Positions 14,071 through 27,410 of a DNA stretch of 64,000 nt are shown here, piece by piece. Made by a program: the position numbers and the translations under genes. The DNA is from Sphaerodactylus townsendi (taxonomy: Eukaryota): the NCBI RefSeq assembly GCF_021028975.2, contig NC_059427.1, positions 80,042,001-80,106,000 on the forward strand, read 5' to 3'. Numbering within the stretch: position 1 is the first letter of the stretch; each line of letters opens with the position of its first letter. Below the pieces are notes generated by a model. That model was not told the origin of the DNA. It was given only the letters and a program-made list of their open reading frames with translations, and ran no database searches.

Positions 14071-15788
14071 CCTTGAATTACAAAATCAAGTACATTTTTT
14101 ATGTGTAGTCCCCCACTGAGGATAAAGTGGTCCAAATAAATGTTGATAGCCTCTATATAAATTACAGCATCCCAGTCAAGAATATAGATCTAAATAAGCA
14201 TTGGGGTTTAAATGACCTTCATCATGTGACATGTATCCTCTCACCTTTCATTCCACTGAGCAAAGCCTGAAGCCTTCCTGCAGTTCAGGAAATCTTTCTC
14301 CACTTGAACTGGAGGAGGATTTCTTAGGTTGCAGGAAGACCAAAGAAACTCCCTCCAACATATGTTAGGATATATGCCAGTAACCATCAAGTAAATTGTG
14401 GGTGTGGGGGCGGGGGGTTCAATAAGTGAGCAGGTTCAGTAAGCAGGTTTCACCTATAACTGTGTCAGCTGAAAGAACAACTGCTCTGTCTCCCAAGCAG
14501 CTATCCTTTCAGTTGAACTATATTTTCACCTTTATTTTTTACAAGTTGTTTGCTTCTGTTTTTTTACTATTCAGATTTATTCCTGTCCTTTACAACAGTC
14601 TATTTTTTATTTCACATCACTGAGCAGAATACAGTAGTCACCCAAATAGCCTGAGAAATGTGCAATATATTCAGATGCTCGGAAATTTGGATTAAATGCA
14701 ATGGTGTTTCCATAGGATTAGAAACAAAACCAGGTGACAAAGCTGACAAGTGTCTCCCTATAAGTGGTGTTGCTTGTCTGGCCTCTGTTGTGGCTCTCGT
14801 CAGTCAATAGTGGCATGAGGAATTTGCTGGGGGTCTCCCAATCAAGCTATACCACCCCTAAGCTTTAATGCGTGGGCTGTGATTTTCCCTCCACACTAAT
14901 GTCTGGTATAGACTAGAAATGCAGATGCCCTAACCTGAGTAAATGCTTCCACAGTCTTAAGAGAGAATGTGTTGTATGTTCTCAAGGCTGATCTTCCTCT
15001 TCTTGCACGGTTGGGGTAGGGGGCAAAACAGAAGCAGAAAGGCCAACTCCGGCAAGGCCCCAAAGACTTGGGTCTATTTCTATATATGGTGAATTTAGAG
15101 AATTTAGTTTGTGAGATAATTTGGATGGATGATAAATGAAATGTAGCACACATGCTAAACCCTGATTTGTGGACCTCAGGTGTGTCCCCCCCCCCCCAAC
15201 TCAGTGCATCCCCTGACACTGTCATCCATTTGGGCAGACATCGAGCAGGAGCACCTGGAGGTGCACTGTGAGTAGCTGGAATCTACAACCCATGTTGTTT
15301 ATCTTGGATGGAAGATCTGTCTGCCATCGTTGGTTGGCCTCCAGCCATCTTGAATCTTTGCTTCTTGTGGTGGCAAATGGTGATATTAAGTGTCTGGTGA
15401 TATACAGCACTGGTGGACAGCAATAAGTATGTGCGGTTAGGCTGCATGGAAAAACTAAGGCATTTGCAGGCTTTTGTCTTCCACTCCACCTTCCCTATTC
15501 ATAGAATTTAAATCTCATTCTCCCATCCTCTTGATAGACAAAATCTTTGTTCCAAAGAAAGCATGCACATGAATCATTACTCCATAGCCACTGTTAAAAT
15601 CCACAGATTGCACTGTGAGTCCTGACTCAAACCCATACCTGCCACTGGGCTGAGATTGTTTGTGGATTTGCTGCAGCATTTGTAGCCTGTTGTGCATTGT
15701 GTAGGGACTTTCACTTGCAATGCATTCCTGTCTGAAGTCAATGAGCAGATGGAAGGGATTCCCCTACCTGCCCTGTCTGACACAAGAG

Positions 15789-15839
15789 CAGACTCTACAG
15801 ACTCTACAGACTCTACAGACTCTAGAGCAGACTCTACAG
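15789..15839. repeat. 9-bp tandem repeat (CAGACTCTA)x5
   Basis: Four perfect units, a GAG interruption, then a fifth unit. Confidence 0.9.
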
Positions 15840-16812
15840 CTACCCTGCTGCCCTTGTAAAATCCCAGGGAAAATCCCTGTCTGCCTTTCCCTTTTCCTTT
15901 CTTGCATGAAATGGAGGCAAGGCTCACCTTGGCACAGATGCTACAGACCAAGATGCATTAAGCAACAGTTTGCACAGCTGCCTGCTCTGTATTCAGACTT
16001 GCCTGGCTAGGTTTACTTTGACTGAGCCCAGTTTTCTCAGGTGTAACTCCATAATCTTAAATGGAGGTCAAGGCATGGTTGAAGACCATTTTTTAATAGA
16101 AATTGTTTTCAGTAGGAGTTCTTTCTGTTTGCTTTGAGAAATGAGGATATTCCGACCGGTTAGCAGATTACAGAAATTGTGGGCAATGCCTGAAAGCCCT
16201 TCTTCACAGCATTGGTTTGTGGATTTCCTTCTTCTATAATTGGCATATAACACCTGCTTAGGTTGCTGTGCGCAGTCTATTTTAAAATAGCTTCCTTTCA
16301 CAGTTGGGTCTGTGTTAAGAACTGTATGAATACCTGTTAGTCTGGAATGTGTTACTCACAATATCTCTTGAGCAAATGTCCCTAGATTTAGCACTCATCA
16401 TGCAGTGTGACCTATTTCAATGCAGCTTGAAGGATTGTTCTGCGTTATCTGGGATTAAAATCACTGATGAGGCTCCATTAATTGAGTATTTTCTGTTTTA
16501 TGGTCCTGTGGTGATGTGCCAGCACAATGGCATAGAGCCAGATCCTGACCCATATAGCAGAAATCACTGAAGTTGGTGCTTGTCCCTGGTTCTGGCAAAA
16601 CATCAGTGACAGGCAAGGATGTTGACATGGTGAGGAGCAAGTGTTGTGAAGTTTTTTGAGGAAGAGCACAAGCTGAAGCCATGCACAGGTTTCCGAAATC
16701 GATTGAAAAGGCCCCATGATCCAGTCAGCACTGCAGCATTTCTCCTAAATTTTAATCACAAACATGAAAGCAAAGTGATGGCCTTAACTGTCAGGCTCAA
16801 ATATCTCTCTCT

Positions 16813-17035
16813 ACAGAGAGTTCCCAACCCCCCAGGTGAGGGTTGGAGATTTCCTGGAATTGCAACTGATGTACAGGCAACTAAGATCAGCCTCTCGGGA
16901 GAAAATGGCTGCTTTGGAGGGTGAACCGCATGCTATTGCACTGTGCTGAGGACCCCTTCCCTCTGCAAACCCTTCCCCCTCCAGGCTCCATCCCCAAATC
17001 TCCAGGAATTTCTCCACCCAGATCTAACAACCCAG
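16813..17035. mobile_element. Short non-autonomous element, same family as 6511-6713
   Basis: Shares ccaggtg..ggagat..ctggaatt..aactga..caggc..agatcag and gctgagg.ccc.tccct....caaac with the 6.5-kb copy. Confidence 0.55.
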
Positions 17036-19406
17036 CTAAAATGGGTTTATTGGATTTGGTGCCTTTGTCCTGAATGTCCGTTTGTAGCAGACTATTTCTT
17101 TCCAGTTCCAGGGAAGAGTGTGAAAATGGCTCCTCAGCCTAAACTGACAGAGATTTCACTTGCCTTGGAATCTGCAACTTGTTAATGGCTGGAAATCCCA
17201 TAGCTTTTGCACAGCATCCTGCTCACCAGTCTAGCCAAAAGCAATAGCCGCTCTTTGTTCCACAGCAGCAGGATGAGATGCTTTGCAATGCACAAAGTAT
17301 GCTTTGGCAAGTCTGCTCTTACAACCGTGCCAGGCTGTAAAAAGGAAGAAGGGTATCAAGGTTTCTGGGTACATTCTACCTGTATTTATCAAGCCTCTTC
17401 ATTATTCCAAAATATAATTACAGTGATCCGTCATCCTTTAGAGCATTGTGATTAGCACCAGTGCCGAAATTGTTATGCTGTTTCAGAAGCATTCCGGTGT
17501 CCCTGGATTCAAGCCTTGTTTCAGCCTTTCATGCTTCTTGCTCTCATTAGTGAGGTTTACATTTCTGAGCTTGAGGCAGTTTGGAGAATGATGCAAGTTG
17601 CCTCATCTGAGACAGTTTGCAGTGTTATTTATTCGGTTGCCATGTTATAGTCCTTGTTCCAGGCCTGATCTGTGCACGCAGTAGAATGAAATGAATGGTA
17701 GGCAACTGAAGGGGTGGAATGGACATCCAATGTACAGATAAGGAATGGCATTTGTGAATATCCCCCTATTAGAGGAAGTCTCTGGAAAACTAGCACATCA
17801 ATGAGCAGTCTGGTCTAGTATTTTTCTCCTTGCAGTGCTAGGTGTCCCCGACCCCCCCCCCCCCAATTTTACATGAGGGAAATAGCATGCCCCACCTGAA
17901 GCCAGCAGTGATATAGCCCATTCTGCCACCCCGCATATAGTTGGTTGGTCCCCCCAACTGCTCAAAAACATTCATTGTGCCATCATAACACCAGTCTCCT
18001 AAACTTAGCAGTCAATGGATATCAACTGAGCTCCCATTCAGCTTGTACTTGGAAAGGCTTCTAATAAGATTGGAATCAGAGCGGATGGATTCCCATTATG
18101 CTCACTTTGGAATAGCTGCTGAGAACCAATGGCAAGGACAAAAAGCCTTTAACCGACACCAGGCAGAATCAGACCATAATGAGATTTCTTGTTCTTCTCC
18201 CTTTTCATGGCAGTGCCTTTTATTGACCTTCCTCTTCCCACTCAACTGTTTTATTGAATCTGTAAATTGTAGGCAGCAATTAGATAAGAGAAGCAGCACA
18301 CAAATGGAGATTGTTGGCCGAGCAACAGGAAGGAAGGATCCTCTTCTGTCCTCTAATCAAAGCACAACCATAACAATAGGCTTGCTGTCTGTGTTGAAAG
18401 GAGCCATCCCCTCCCAGTGCAGCTGAAAGAAATAACCTGCTGAAACGATAGGACACAAATACCAGCAGTAGCATTAAATTCCTGTTAGGAGAGTTTATGT
18501 GCTGAAGCAGCACAAGTTATTGGCAAGTGTATCGACAATACTGGGAGTGACTGTCGATGTTTGGGAAGGGGAATTGGGGAGATGTGCACACTCCCTTGGG
18601 CACACCTATCAGGTGACAGAAGTGCAAGAAAGATCAGGACTGTTGGGATCCTGCTCTAAGCTTCCTACTGGCTTGTGCCATGGTCTGAGGAAGCCTGTGC
18701 TGAAAGTCAAAAGTCTGGGTAGGAAAGGCTGCTGGGACTTTTAGGCTGTTGGGTGCTAAGAAATTAGGAGACTGCAGGTGAAGGTGGGCATGCTTAAGGC
18801 AAAGAAAACTGCAGGGCCTGGATCAGGAGTCTACCACATGTACACAGAAAGCCTTTCTAAGCAAGAATTTAATTTGAGTTTGGATCCAGACTAAAGGAAG
18901 TTTCTGCCAATTCCTCCTTCCTACTGCAGATCTTCCTGTCCTCCAAGAGTAGCATCTTGTGGAGAGCTTTGGACTGCTGTGAGAGAGGAGGCAGGAATGT
19001 TCTGTTCTGCTGGTAGGAATGTTAGTTTGGATTTGACCTGTTACCTTACTGTTCCACCAATATCTCAGAATACCTAGTCCTATGTAAATGCTTAGCTCTG
19101 CATGCTAGATGCTGTCAGTTTGAACAGTCTTCCATGCAGAGCAAATGACAACTCTCATCCAGCATACAGGGCCTCTGGGTAGACTGAGGCCATATAGATA
19201 CCCAGAGGAAGAACAGACCATCTGGATAGGCAGATTAATGGACAGATGAAGCTGTCTGCATTGATCATTCCAATCACCTGTTCAGGAGTCAGAGGACCAT
19301 GTCCAGGCACCCTCTTACAACTCATCAGGTGATCATCATTGCCAGTGCAGACAGCATTAACCATCTGATAAGTAAGTAAAATGTCACAGTGTCTTTGGAG
19401 AGTTAA

Positions 19407-19483
19407 ATGTACAGACCTATTGAAATCCTTTGATCCCCTCTTGTGATGTTAGTTTATCCAAGGATTTCAATAGGTCTGTACAT
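19407..19483. repeat. Perfect 24-bp inverted repeat (77-nt hairpin)
   Basis: ATGTACAGACCTATTGAAATCCTT (19407-19430) and its exact reverse complement (19460-19483). Confidence 0.95.
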
Positions 19484-19545
19484 ATATAACAATCTTGTAT
19501 AGACAATGTATGGGGAAAGATGGGCTCAGACCAGCTTGTACCCAT

Positions 19546-19632
19546 TAAGAATATAAGAACATAAGAACAAGCCAGCGGGATCAGACCAGAGTCCATCTAG
19601 TCCAGCTCTCTGCTACTCGCAGTGGCCCACCA
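19546..19632 (-). mobile_element. CR1-type LINE 3' end
   Basis: Octamer tail (taagaa(t/c)a)n followed by ggatcagaccagagtccatctagtccagc, the typical reptile CR1 3' terminus in reverse. Confidence 0.7.
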
Positions 19633-22065
19633 TTGGCCCTGCCTCCATGAGCATTCAGCATAACTTCCACAGAGCCTACATGTGTGTTCATATAAGTAGA
19701 GACCATGTAAAAACAGGGTCCCTAATCACATAGGTAAAGCCCACATGTATAGGTTCTTGAAGAAGTTATGATGAACCTGCATTGGGTTGGGGACAGTGGA
19801 TGTGACTCAGCTCTCCCCTTAAACACACCTGCATATTTTGTTATCACACTTCTAATGTGTGTCCAACCCTGTAATTAAAGCAAACTAGGGAGCTGCTAAA
19901 AATCTGAGTTGGAGATCAGAAAGTCCCTGGTTTAAATAACCCTGAATTCATGAGATGGCTTGAAACTATTTCCTTGCTGTTTTAGTTGTGCTATCTGGAA
20001 TTTAGGGAATAGCTCTGACCAATCTTAGAGTGTTATAAAACGACAATACATGTTAAGTATTCTTATACATCTGGAAATCAATATATTCAGGAAAGAAATC
20101 AATTCAGAGACGAGGCCAGCCATCTTTATGCAACAGAGTTCTCACAGAAACCTCTATCCAAGTGCTCTGTTTAATTTAAAAACACATTACACTATTTCAT
20201 CTTAGAACTTGCCAGTTTATTTGCAATTTGATCTATGATTTATTTCATTCATATTTAGGTACAGTGTGAACAATGCTTATAATATTAAAGTAATTTCTGT
20301 ACAGAGGTATCTGTGGCATTAGCTAGAATGATTGAACTAGGACTAATTAAAAGCAGATGTATTTTAAACATGAGTTTTTTCTTATTTAAAAAAATGTGAG
20401 GAAAATCATATAGGAAGTTTTCTTTCTGGAAATCACACAGCTGCATGCCAAAGATATTTCTACCAGTATTAAACCTTAATAATTCACCCATCCACCCAGA
20501 TCATATTTTACTCCAATGTTCAGAAAATACCAAGTTGAAATAGTCCTTGAGCTTTTTGACCATGCCTTCCAGTTTTTACCAGGCAGTTCCAGTAAAACAT
20601 CCTATTTGTTGAATGCATTCTACCGCTCCCAAGTTTTCTTATATGCACATATGAGCATATATTCACAAATCTTTATAAGCACCAATAAAGTGGACAACTT
20701 AAGGGACATCTATTTATATATCCTATTCTAAACACCCCTCAGGACCCTCCATGACCTTGGTGCTGAAAGGCAAGATTCAGATTTGGCTCAAGATCCTACT
20801 GATTAAAATCCGGAATGCGAGAATGCGAGAGAGATCAGTGTAATGATGTACCCAGGAATCCTAACCAAATATATTCCAGTAACAAGCCAGGCATAAGGAA
20901 AGTAGAGTCATCACATTGCACATGCTGCCAAACTATGTAAGATCCACACACCATTTAGATTGTTGCACTATTGTATTTATGCCTGTCTAGACAGGAACAT
21001 CCAGGAAATAAATTGCTGCAACAGAAAAACAATATCCAACCACAAGCAGACCCAATTCCAGAAACCATGGGAAGGCTACCAATGGTCCTGATCCCTCTAT
21101 GGTTATTAAAATGATTTTTAGGCCTTTGTATATTTTCTTCTAGCTAAAGCTCAGCATCCTGAGGCTGTAGTAATTACAGCTGCCAGCACTTCCTTTATCC
21201 AAGACATTATATTTTTAAAAAATAAAGTTTCATAAAAATTAATGTTTTTTAGAAAACAAAATTTGACTTTTTCATCTAACTTTTGGAAGACCCAGGGTAA
21301 TGTTATGTTCCCAATTTCAAATACCATTTATCTTATGAGAAAAATTAAGTAAAAGTAGACTGACCAGCATCTTTTTTTAAAAAATCAGTTGAAGTATTTA
21401 AGTTATAGCAGACACACATATAAATAAAAAGTGAATAGATGTCAGAGTTTCTCACAAAAGAAGCTATGCATATAAGACAATAACATGATTATTAGATGCT
21501 AAGTCAATCATACAAAATGCAACATTAAGCATATAGCCATTATTTGAAACAGAAGAAAATTGTTTAAAGAATTTTCTATAGATTTATCATATGGCAAGCA
21601 ACTTTTTATGCACCATAAATGAAAAGGCAATTTCTCCATGAATCCCTCATCCTATAATACCTCATATCAGGATTCCCAGTACTAAAGGTTTTATTTCATT
21701 TCCAATCCCTTAACCATAGGTTGGTAGGATTATTGGTAAAACAGAAACAACAACTATTAAACAATAAATACTAAGATCATTTTAAAACATAGGCGAAATA
21801 TATGAGTCAGTCCAAATTCTTGGTACTGTTTTCCATTGCCTACCAGTTTCTAATATTCTCTTGAATTGATTATACTAGTTACATAACACTACTAATAGAT
21901 ATGGCACTTTACAGAGTAACCTAAGAAGTCGACAGGTGCTCATATTTCCAGGTGAGGATACTGCAGAGAGAGCAGAAGGGAGACAAAGGGAAAGGAAGCC
22001 AGACTTAGATGTGCAAATGCAGCTGGATGTCCGTAGACTTGGTTTCTGCAGGGATTTGTATTTAT

Positions 22066-22250
22066 TTTTTGCCATCAAGTCACAGTTGACTTATGGTATC
22101 CCCATAGGGTTTTCAAGTCAAGAGACATTCAGAGGTGGTTTGCCATTGTCTGTCTCTGTGTGGCAACCCTAGACTTCAATGGTGTTCTCCCATACAAATA
22201 CTATCCAGGGACAACCCTGAGTAGCCTTCAAGATCAGGCTAGCCTGGGGA
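22066..22250 (-). mobile_element. 5S-rRNA-derived SINE, degenerate copy
   Basis: Colinear with 47045-47248 (caagtcacag.tgacttatgg, agggttttcaag, ggtttgccattg, caggctagcctggg). Confidence 0.7.
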
Positions 22251-22309
22251 TATCCAAATCAGAGCTCTGCAGGGCATAGAAACCAACCATTCAAGCCAAG
22301 CTGAATCTT

Positions 22310-22397
22310 CAGCACAATCTTAAACAGATTTACACCTTTCTAAATCTACTGATGTCAGCAGGTATAGATGGGTACAACTCTGTTTAGGATTCACTGT
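22310..22397. mobile_element. Short palindromic MITE
   Basis: Imperfect inverted arms aatcttaaacagatttacacc / gggtacaactctgtttaggatt. Confidence 0.5.
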
Positions 22398-25139
22398 TTC
22401 AGGTGTGGTTTGAAGAATGACAGAGGTGGGATTATATAGCTTTACAATGTTGGAGGCGACTGTATTTATTTATGTAAGATAAATTTGCAGTCAGTAGGCC
22501 TCAGAGATCAGTTCCTCCTCCCAAATGCCCAAGGGTTAGCAACATTAGCTTGACTTCAGGACCAGATTAAGATGTGCTGAAGCCCCATAACATAACCCTC
22601 AAAGTCTGTTACACTAATCATTTAGTAAAGCAAATTTGTGTAGAGGCCTCTAATAACCTGAGGCCCTAAACAGTAGCTTCCTTCGTAAAGCCAGCTCTGC
22701 TTAGCTTCTTTGTTCACATACATACAGCTGTGTTCAGAAAAGAAGACAGGTCACAGTCAATGACTGCAACATCAAACACTCATTCTTCTGAGAATGCTAT
22801 AGTTTGTGCTTAGATACAGAATAATTGGTGAGACCCAGCATCCTTGATTCAATGAGTTCTCCCCATTGCCCTGGCCTATTAAAGTATGTCTGTACTCCAG
22901 CCTGAATCAATTTTGCTCAAGGCATTTTCTCCTCAAGCTAAACTTTTAGGACATGTGGATTGACACCAACAGCAGTAACTCTGGCATGGCGCAAGGACTC
23001 CCTATTTGAAACTAATCACTTTGCATCACTGAATTGATTTTTCTTTTTGCAGCCTATTCTACCCTTTCTGCTGAAGAAAAAGCAAGTCTTCTGAGCTGTA
23101 TCTGGAGGCATTGGAGTGGGATGGTAGAATCAGTTAGAGAAAGCAGCTAAGATGAATGGGCAGTTCAGGAAGGGAAGAAACAACCCCAGGAGCAGAGCCA
23201 CAGATCCTTTTCTTGGTGCAAGGGATTCATCTTAACTCTCGCCCACTGCCAACCACATATCTAAGTCTGTGTGGTTGTAGACCAAGTCTCCATAATCTCA
23301 CACAGTACTGTGAAAGCACATACTTCCTGCATGTATGTGCAAACATCTGTTTGTAAGAAAGAGCCAACACATGTTATCTTTATAGATAAAACCAGGGACC
23401 AGTAAGTGGATAAATGTATGGTTTAAATCACACCTTAATCTGTTTATGCATGAAAATTACTAAGTGCATGTGTGAAGAAAACTCAAGTGTACATTGTACA
23501 CGGATTGTACCTGCACTCACTGCAGTGTTGTAACAAGGCTTGTAAACTGTATTAAACAGTGGAAAGTGCCAAAGGTTGCAATTTTTTCCCTTCTACCCTC
23601 ACTTCCCCAGCAGTTCTTTCTGACTGTGGGAAAATTAACCCTCTAAGTTGTGGTCCTTGCAAGAACTAATACTCATATGGGTTAGGGCTCTGAAGTGAAG
23701 AAGGAGAAGGGGGTAATTGCCCTACCCTCCCTCTTCCATCTGTGGCCTTCCCAGAATAGCACCACCACCCATATGGCTATTTTCCCCTATGGGTCGCATG
23801 ATGCTGGTACTTACCTTTCCCAGCATTGGAACAGACTTCTGGGGAGAGGGAAAAATGCACAGTACTTGTACCACTCCAAGCATCTTGCAAGGTGTGGAGA
23901 AAGGGCTGCATTGAACTGAAGTTACATAGTTTTTGTAGGAGCATCAGGTATGGTACCTTAATAAGAGATGGACATTTGTTTATTTATACCCCACCTCCTT
24001 CCATGTTTGAGATATGCAGACTTGGAAAACTGTTACCCTCCCTAGCAGATGGCACTGCAAAATGGCGTCTAGATCTTTAATTTGCAAACAAGCCATTCGT
24101 CCTTGACATTTTAGAAAAGCATCACTATTTCATAGAAGATGGATTAATAAGACTCCAGCTGCTCCAGAATGGGTTTCTCCTATAATAACTTGATCAGTAA
24201 ATAAATTGGTATAGAAAGACTCCAAGCATCAGATAAGTGTTTCCACGAGGCCACGACTACACTGTTCTACACGTGATAGTCAAGCAAGGCCCACAGAATT
24301 GCATGCTCAGTTTTGGTTTGATTTTTGTGCGTTGATGTTATGTGCAGAAAAGGCCCCATGAACAATTCAGTTGCTCAAGAATGTGATTTTTTAAGGCAGA
24401 GGACCAGGCAGAATTGAGCATGATGGGGTGGAACAGACCATGCCCTATAGATTCACATCAGCAGAATTTGCAACACTTTTTGGCATTTCAGCTTCAACTG
24501 GTTTCCATGTGATAAGATGAGACCTTTTTGTTCAGCACCAGCCCACCATGGAACTTAATGTCTCTGTCAACTGGGATGTCTGACTAGCTCAGTTTCAGTT
24601 CTGAGCCAAAATACTTTTTTTTTTGGCCGGGGGTAGTGGTGGGTGGGCTTAAATAGACAGCCTTAGAGGTTTTTTAAAACACACACAAACATTTAGTACA
24701 ACCTATTCTAGTACTGCAATAAGATTCTTTTGATATTTTGTTGTAGCAATCTTTCAACCAATCTCATATTAGAGATTTTACAGTATATCAGGGCGTCACC
24801 TCTGTATAGGCAGTTGTGACCAGCAGAAGGCAGTGATGGAGTGAACCTGGAATATACAATTCTTCATACATTTCTGTACAAAGATGGGTCAATTGCCTCT
24901 TAATTGAAGCGTGCAAAGACTTCTGTGGATTTCAGATTTCTAAGAGATGTCATAAGCATTTTTATGGTAGGAAAAAATAGACATGAGATTGTTCTTATTT
25001 CATCAAGTCTTTGTCAATCAGAGTTCCAAACACAGCATGTGATAATAACAGATCACCATGTATGAAACCCACACTCTGTCAGAAGGTTGTTAAGGAGCCA
25101 GACAAAGTAGGAATTGTCTGTGCATTTCAGGTCTGTTCA

Positions 25140-25530
25140 TATTTATTTATACGGTCCAAGGCCAGACTATAAAAGTAACATAATACTAAAATAATTCTAA
25201 AAATAAGACAAAACTCTGCACCAGCTCTTACAAGTTTAAAAATATAAAAATCCTTCCAAAATTATAAGTGATGAGCACAGGTTTTCCTAATTTTACTCAC
25301 TATCCAACCGAATTTGTTTACATTATAAGTGATCTCCTGGTTCCGGCCTGTTGGCATAATCGAAAGGAGAGTCTTTCTTTCTCTTCCTGGGATGATCCAA
25401 GTTGATACAGATAGCATGTCAAAGCAACTAGCTGCTGCACTGAATTCTTGAAATTTGAACAAGGATTCAAAATACCGTATGTATACTGAGGGTAGTCTGT
25501 CACGGAACTGGGAACATACATTCATGCAAG
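25140..25530 (-). mobile_element. Degenerate LINE 3' end
   Basis: Minus strand ends gtctggccttggaccgtataaataaa. The upstream frame loosely resembles the C-terminus of the LINE at 59.6-60.9 kb. Confidence 0.4.
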
Positions 25531-27320
25531 ATCTGAATGCTGACAGTCAGAAGGTCAAGTATTTATTGGGGCAGTTATAGCAGCATTTCATGTTGGTCAC
25601 TATCAGACCATGTGATTATATTACCGGAAGAAATGAAGTACAATGCATAACTAAAGACAATTTAACAGTAGATTTGAGCTATCTTGTTGACAAAAGCTAA
25701 GCAAATTCAGGACATTTTATCTCTAAAAGTGACAGGTAAGACCTCAGCTGAATAGAATTTGGGACACAAAAGGAAGATTTAATAATTTGACCAGGCTGAC
25801 ACCTCCAACTTTGAATGATGCAAATGGTTTTATTGGCAAGGCAGCTTACTGGCATTTTCAGGGAGAAAAGTTATGGGATCACTTAACTGTTGGTTTTGAA
25901 ACATAAAGAGATGGTTTATTTTTGCCTCTGTAAAGGTCAATTGTTCTGAAAGAAACAGGTAGATTCTTCAGTTCCAAATACTAACAAATTATGATTAAAG
26001 TCCTTCACAATAATCTCCTTATATTAGAATTAATTGGTCCTCAGAGTCAGAAGTAGCAGTTGCAGTCAACATGAAGCAAAGTCTGTGGAGGCAGCTGCTC
26101 TATTTGTTTGTCTATTTTTAAATTATACTTCTAACCTGCTATCCCTTGAAGGAGCTGAGGGCACCATGCATTGTTCTCCTTTCCTCCATTTTACCTTCGC
26201 AACAGCTCTGTTAGACCAGGAGAATGACTGGCTCAAAGAGGTGAAACTGACCCAATTCCACTGATTAATAATGTCTTCCTACATCACTAGGGCAAATGCT
26301 AGACCCCTGTAGAAAAGTTTCCTAGAGACATATTTCTTTAGGACAGTAAGTGACAGAAAGTGATTGTACATCATCCAGCTGAGACCAGATAAGACAATTG
26401 CACTAAGTACATCAGTCATAGAGGTGACCATATTATCTTTTCATCAACTCTGTTTGATTAATTGATTTAGAGTGAATAGTTGGCATTTCTTTAGTATACT
26501 GAAGATTACATCTGGCAGATGTGCCCTCATGGAATCACTTTTAATGCTCATTTTTTGGGTTTTTATGATTTAATTGTTTTTGATCCTGAAGACACTCAAA
26601 AAAGATCCTCCCCACCCTTCTCATTCCTTGAGATACCAGTCTCCTAATTGTATTTTTTGTTCTGAAACATCCCTGTTATTTTACTTTTCGACTACTCTCC
26701 TGCTAGAGTTAAAGGATATTTGTGAAGTCACAACGATTGGAACACCTCCAGTACCGTTATGTTGAAGTGGAATAGAATAAAAGCATGCCTCTTAGAACAT
26801 TTGTCAGATGCGGGGACTGGTAGAAAATGAGGCAGAGTATCATCTTGGTACTGCATTTGAGAGTCAGGTGATGAATCTTTAGGCAAAGAACTGGGTAGTT
26901 CTACTTAAAGCTTTAAATGAAATCTGTAAAACAATCAGAAACAATCCTGTGCCCCCCCCCCCCCCCCCCCCCGTTAATCACAGATTGATACTAACACCAG
27001 GGATACAAAGTTGTCATACATAGCCATTCAAAGGACACACATTAAGCCATGACCAACTTCTGAAGTATCACTGAGTTGACAAAACTTGGTTTGGTTATCC
27101 CTGCATACTTACTCAAACAAGGGACCAAATGGTTGCTTTCAACACCCAGGATCCCAGTCTGCTCTTTATGAGTATCTGCCTATGGCAAATATCCAAAAAA
27201 ATGTTTTGCACCCAAGTGGGTAGGCAGAATCCATGCTGGGTAGATCCTGTATCACAAGCAGAAATCCTCATTGGACATGTGGAACAAAAAGACTGCAACA
27301 TTTCTGGTCAGAGCTTCTGT

Positions 27321-27410
27321 CTAGAACCGTGGTGGCGAACCTATGGCACTTCAGATGTTCATGGACTACGATTCCCATCAGCTCCTGCCAGCATGGCCAA
27401 TTGGCCATGT
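27321..27410 (+). mobile_element. Small hAT-like MITE half (cagatgttcatggactac family)
   Basis: Near-identical to 55854-55930. Confidence 0.65.

Noticed and set aside
15403-15424. REST/RE1-like site tacagcactggtggacagcaat near GLRA1
   Set aside because: Half-site spacing is 3 nt rather than the canonical 2, and the left half is mismatched.
26952-26972. (C)21 run and other poly-C/G tracts as G-quadruplex elements
   Set aside because: Simple homopolymers scattered through the window with no positional pattern.
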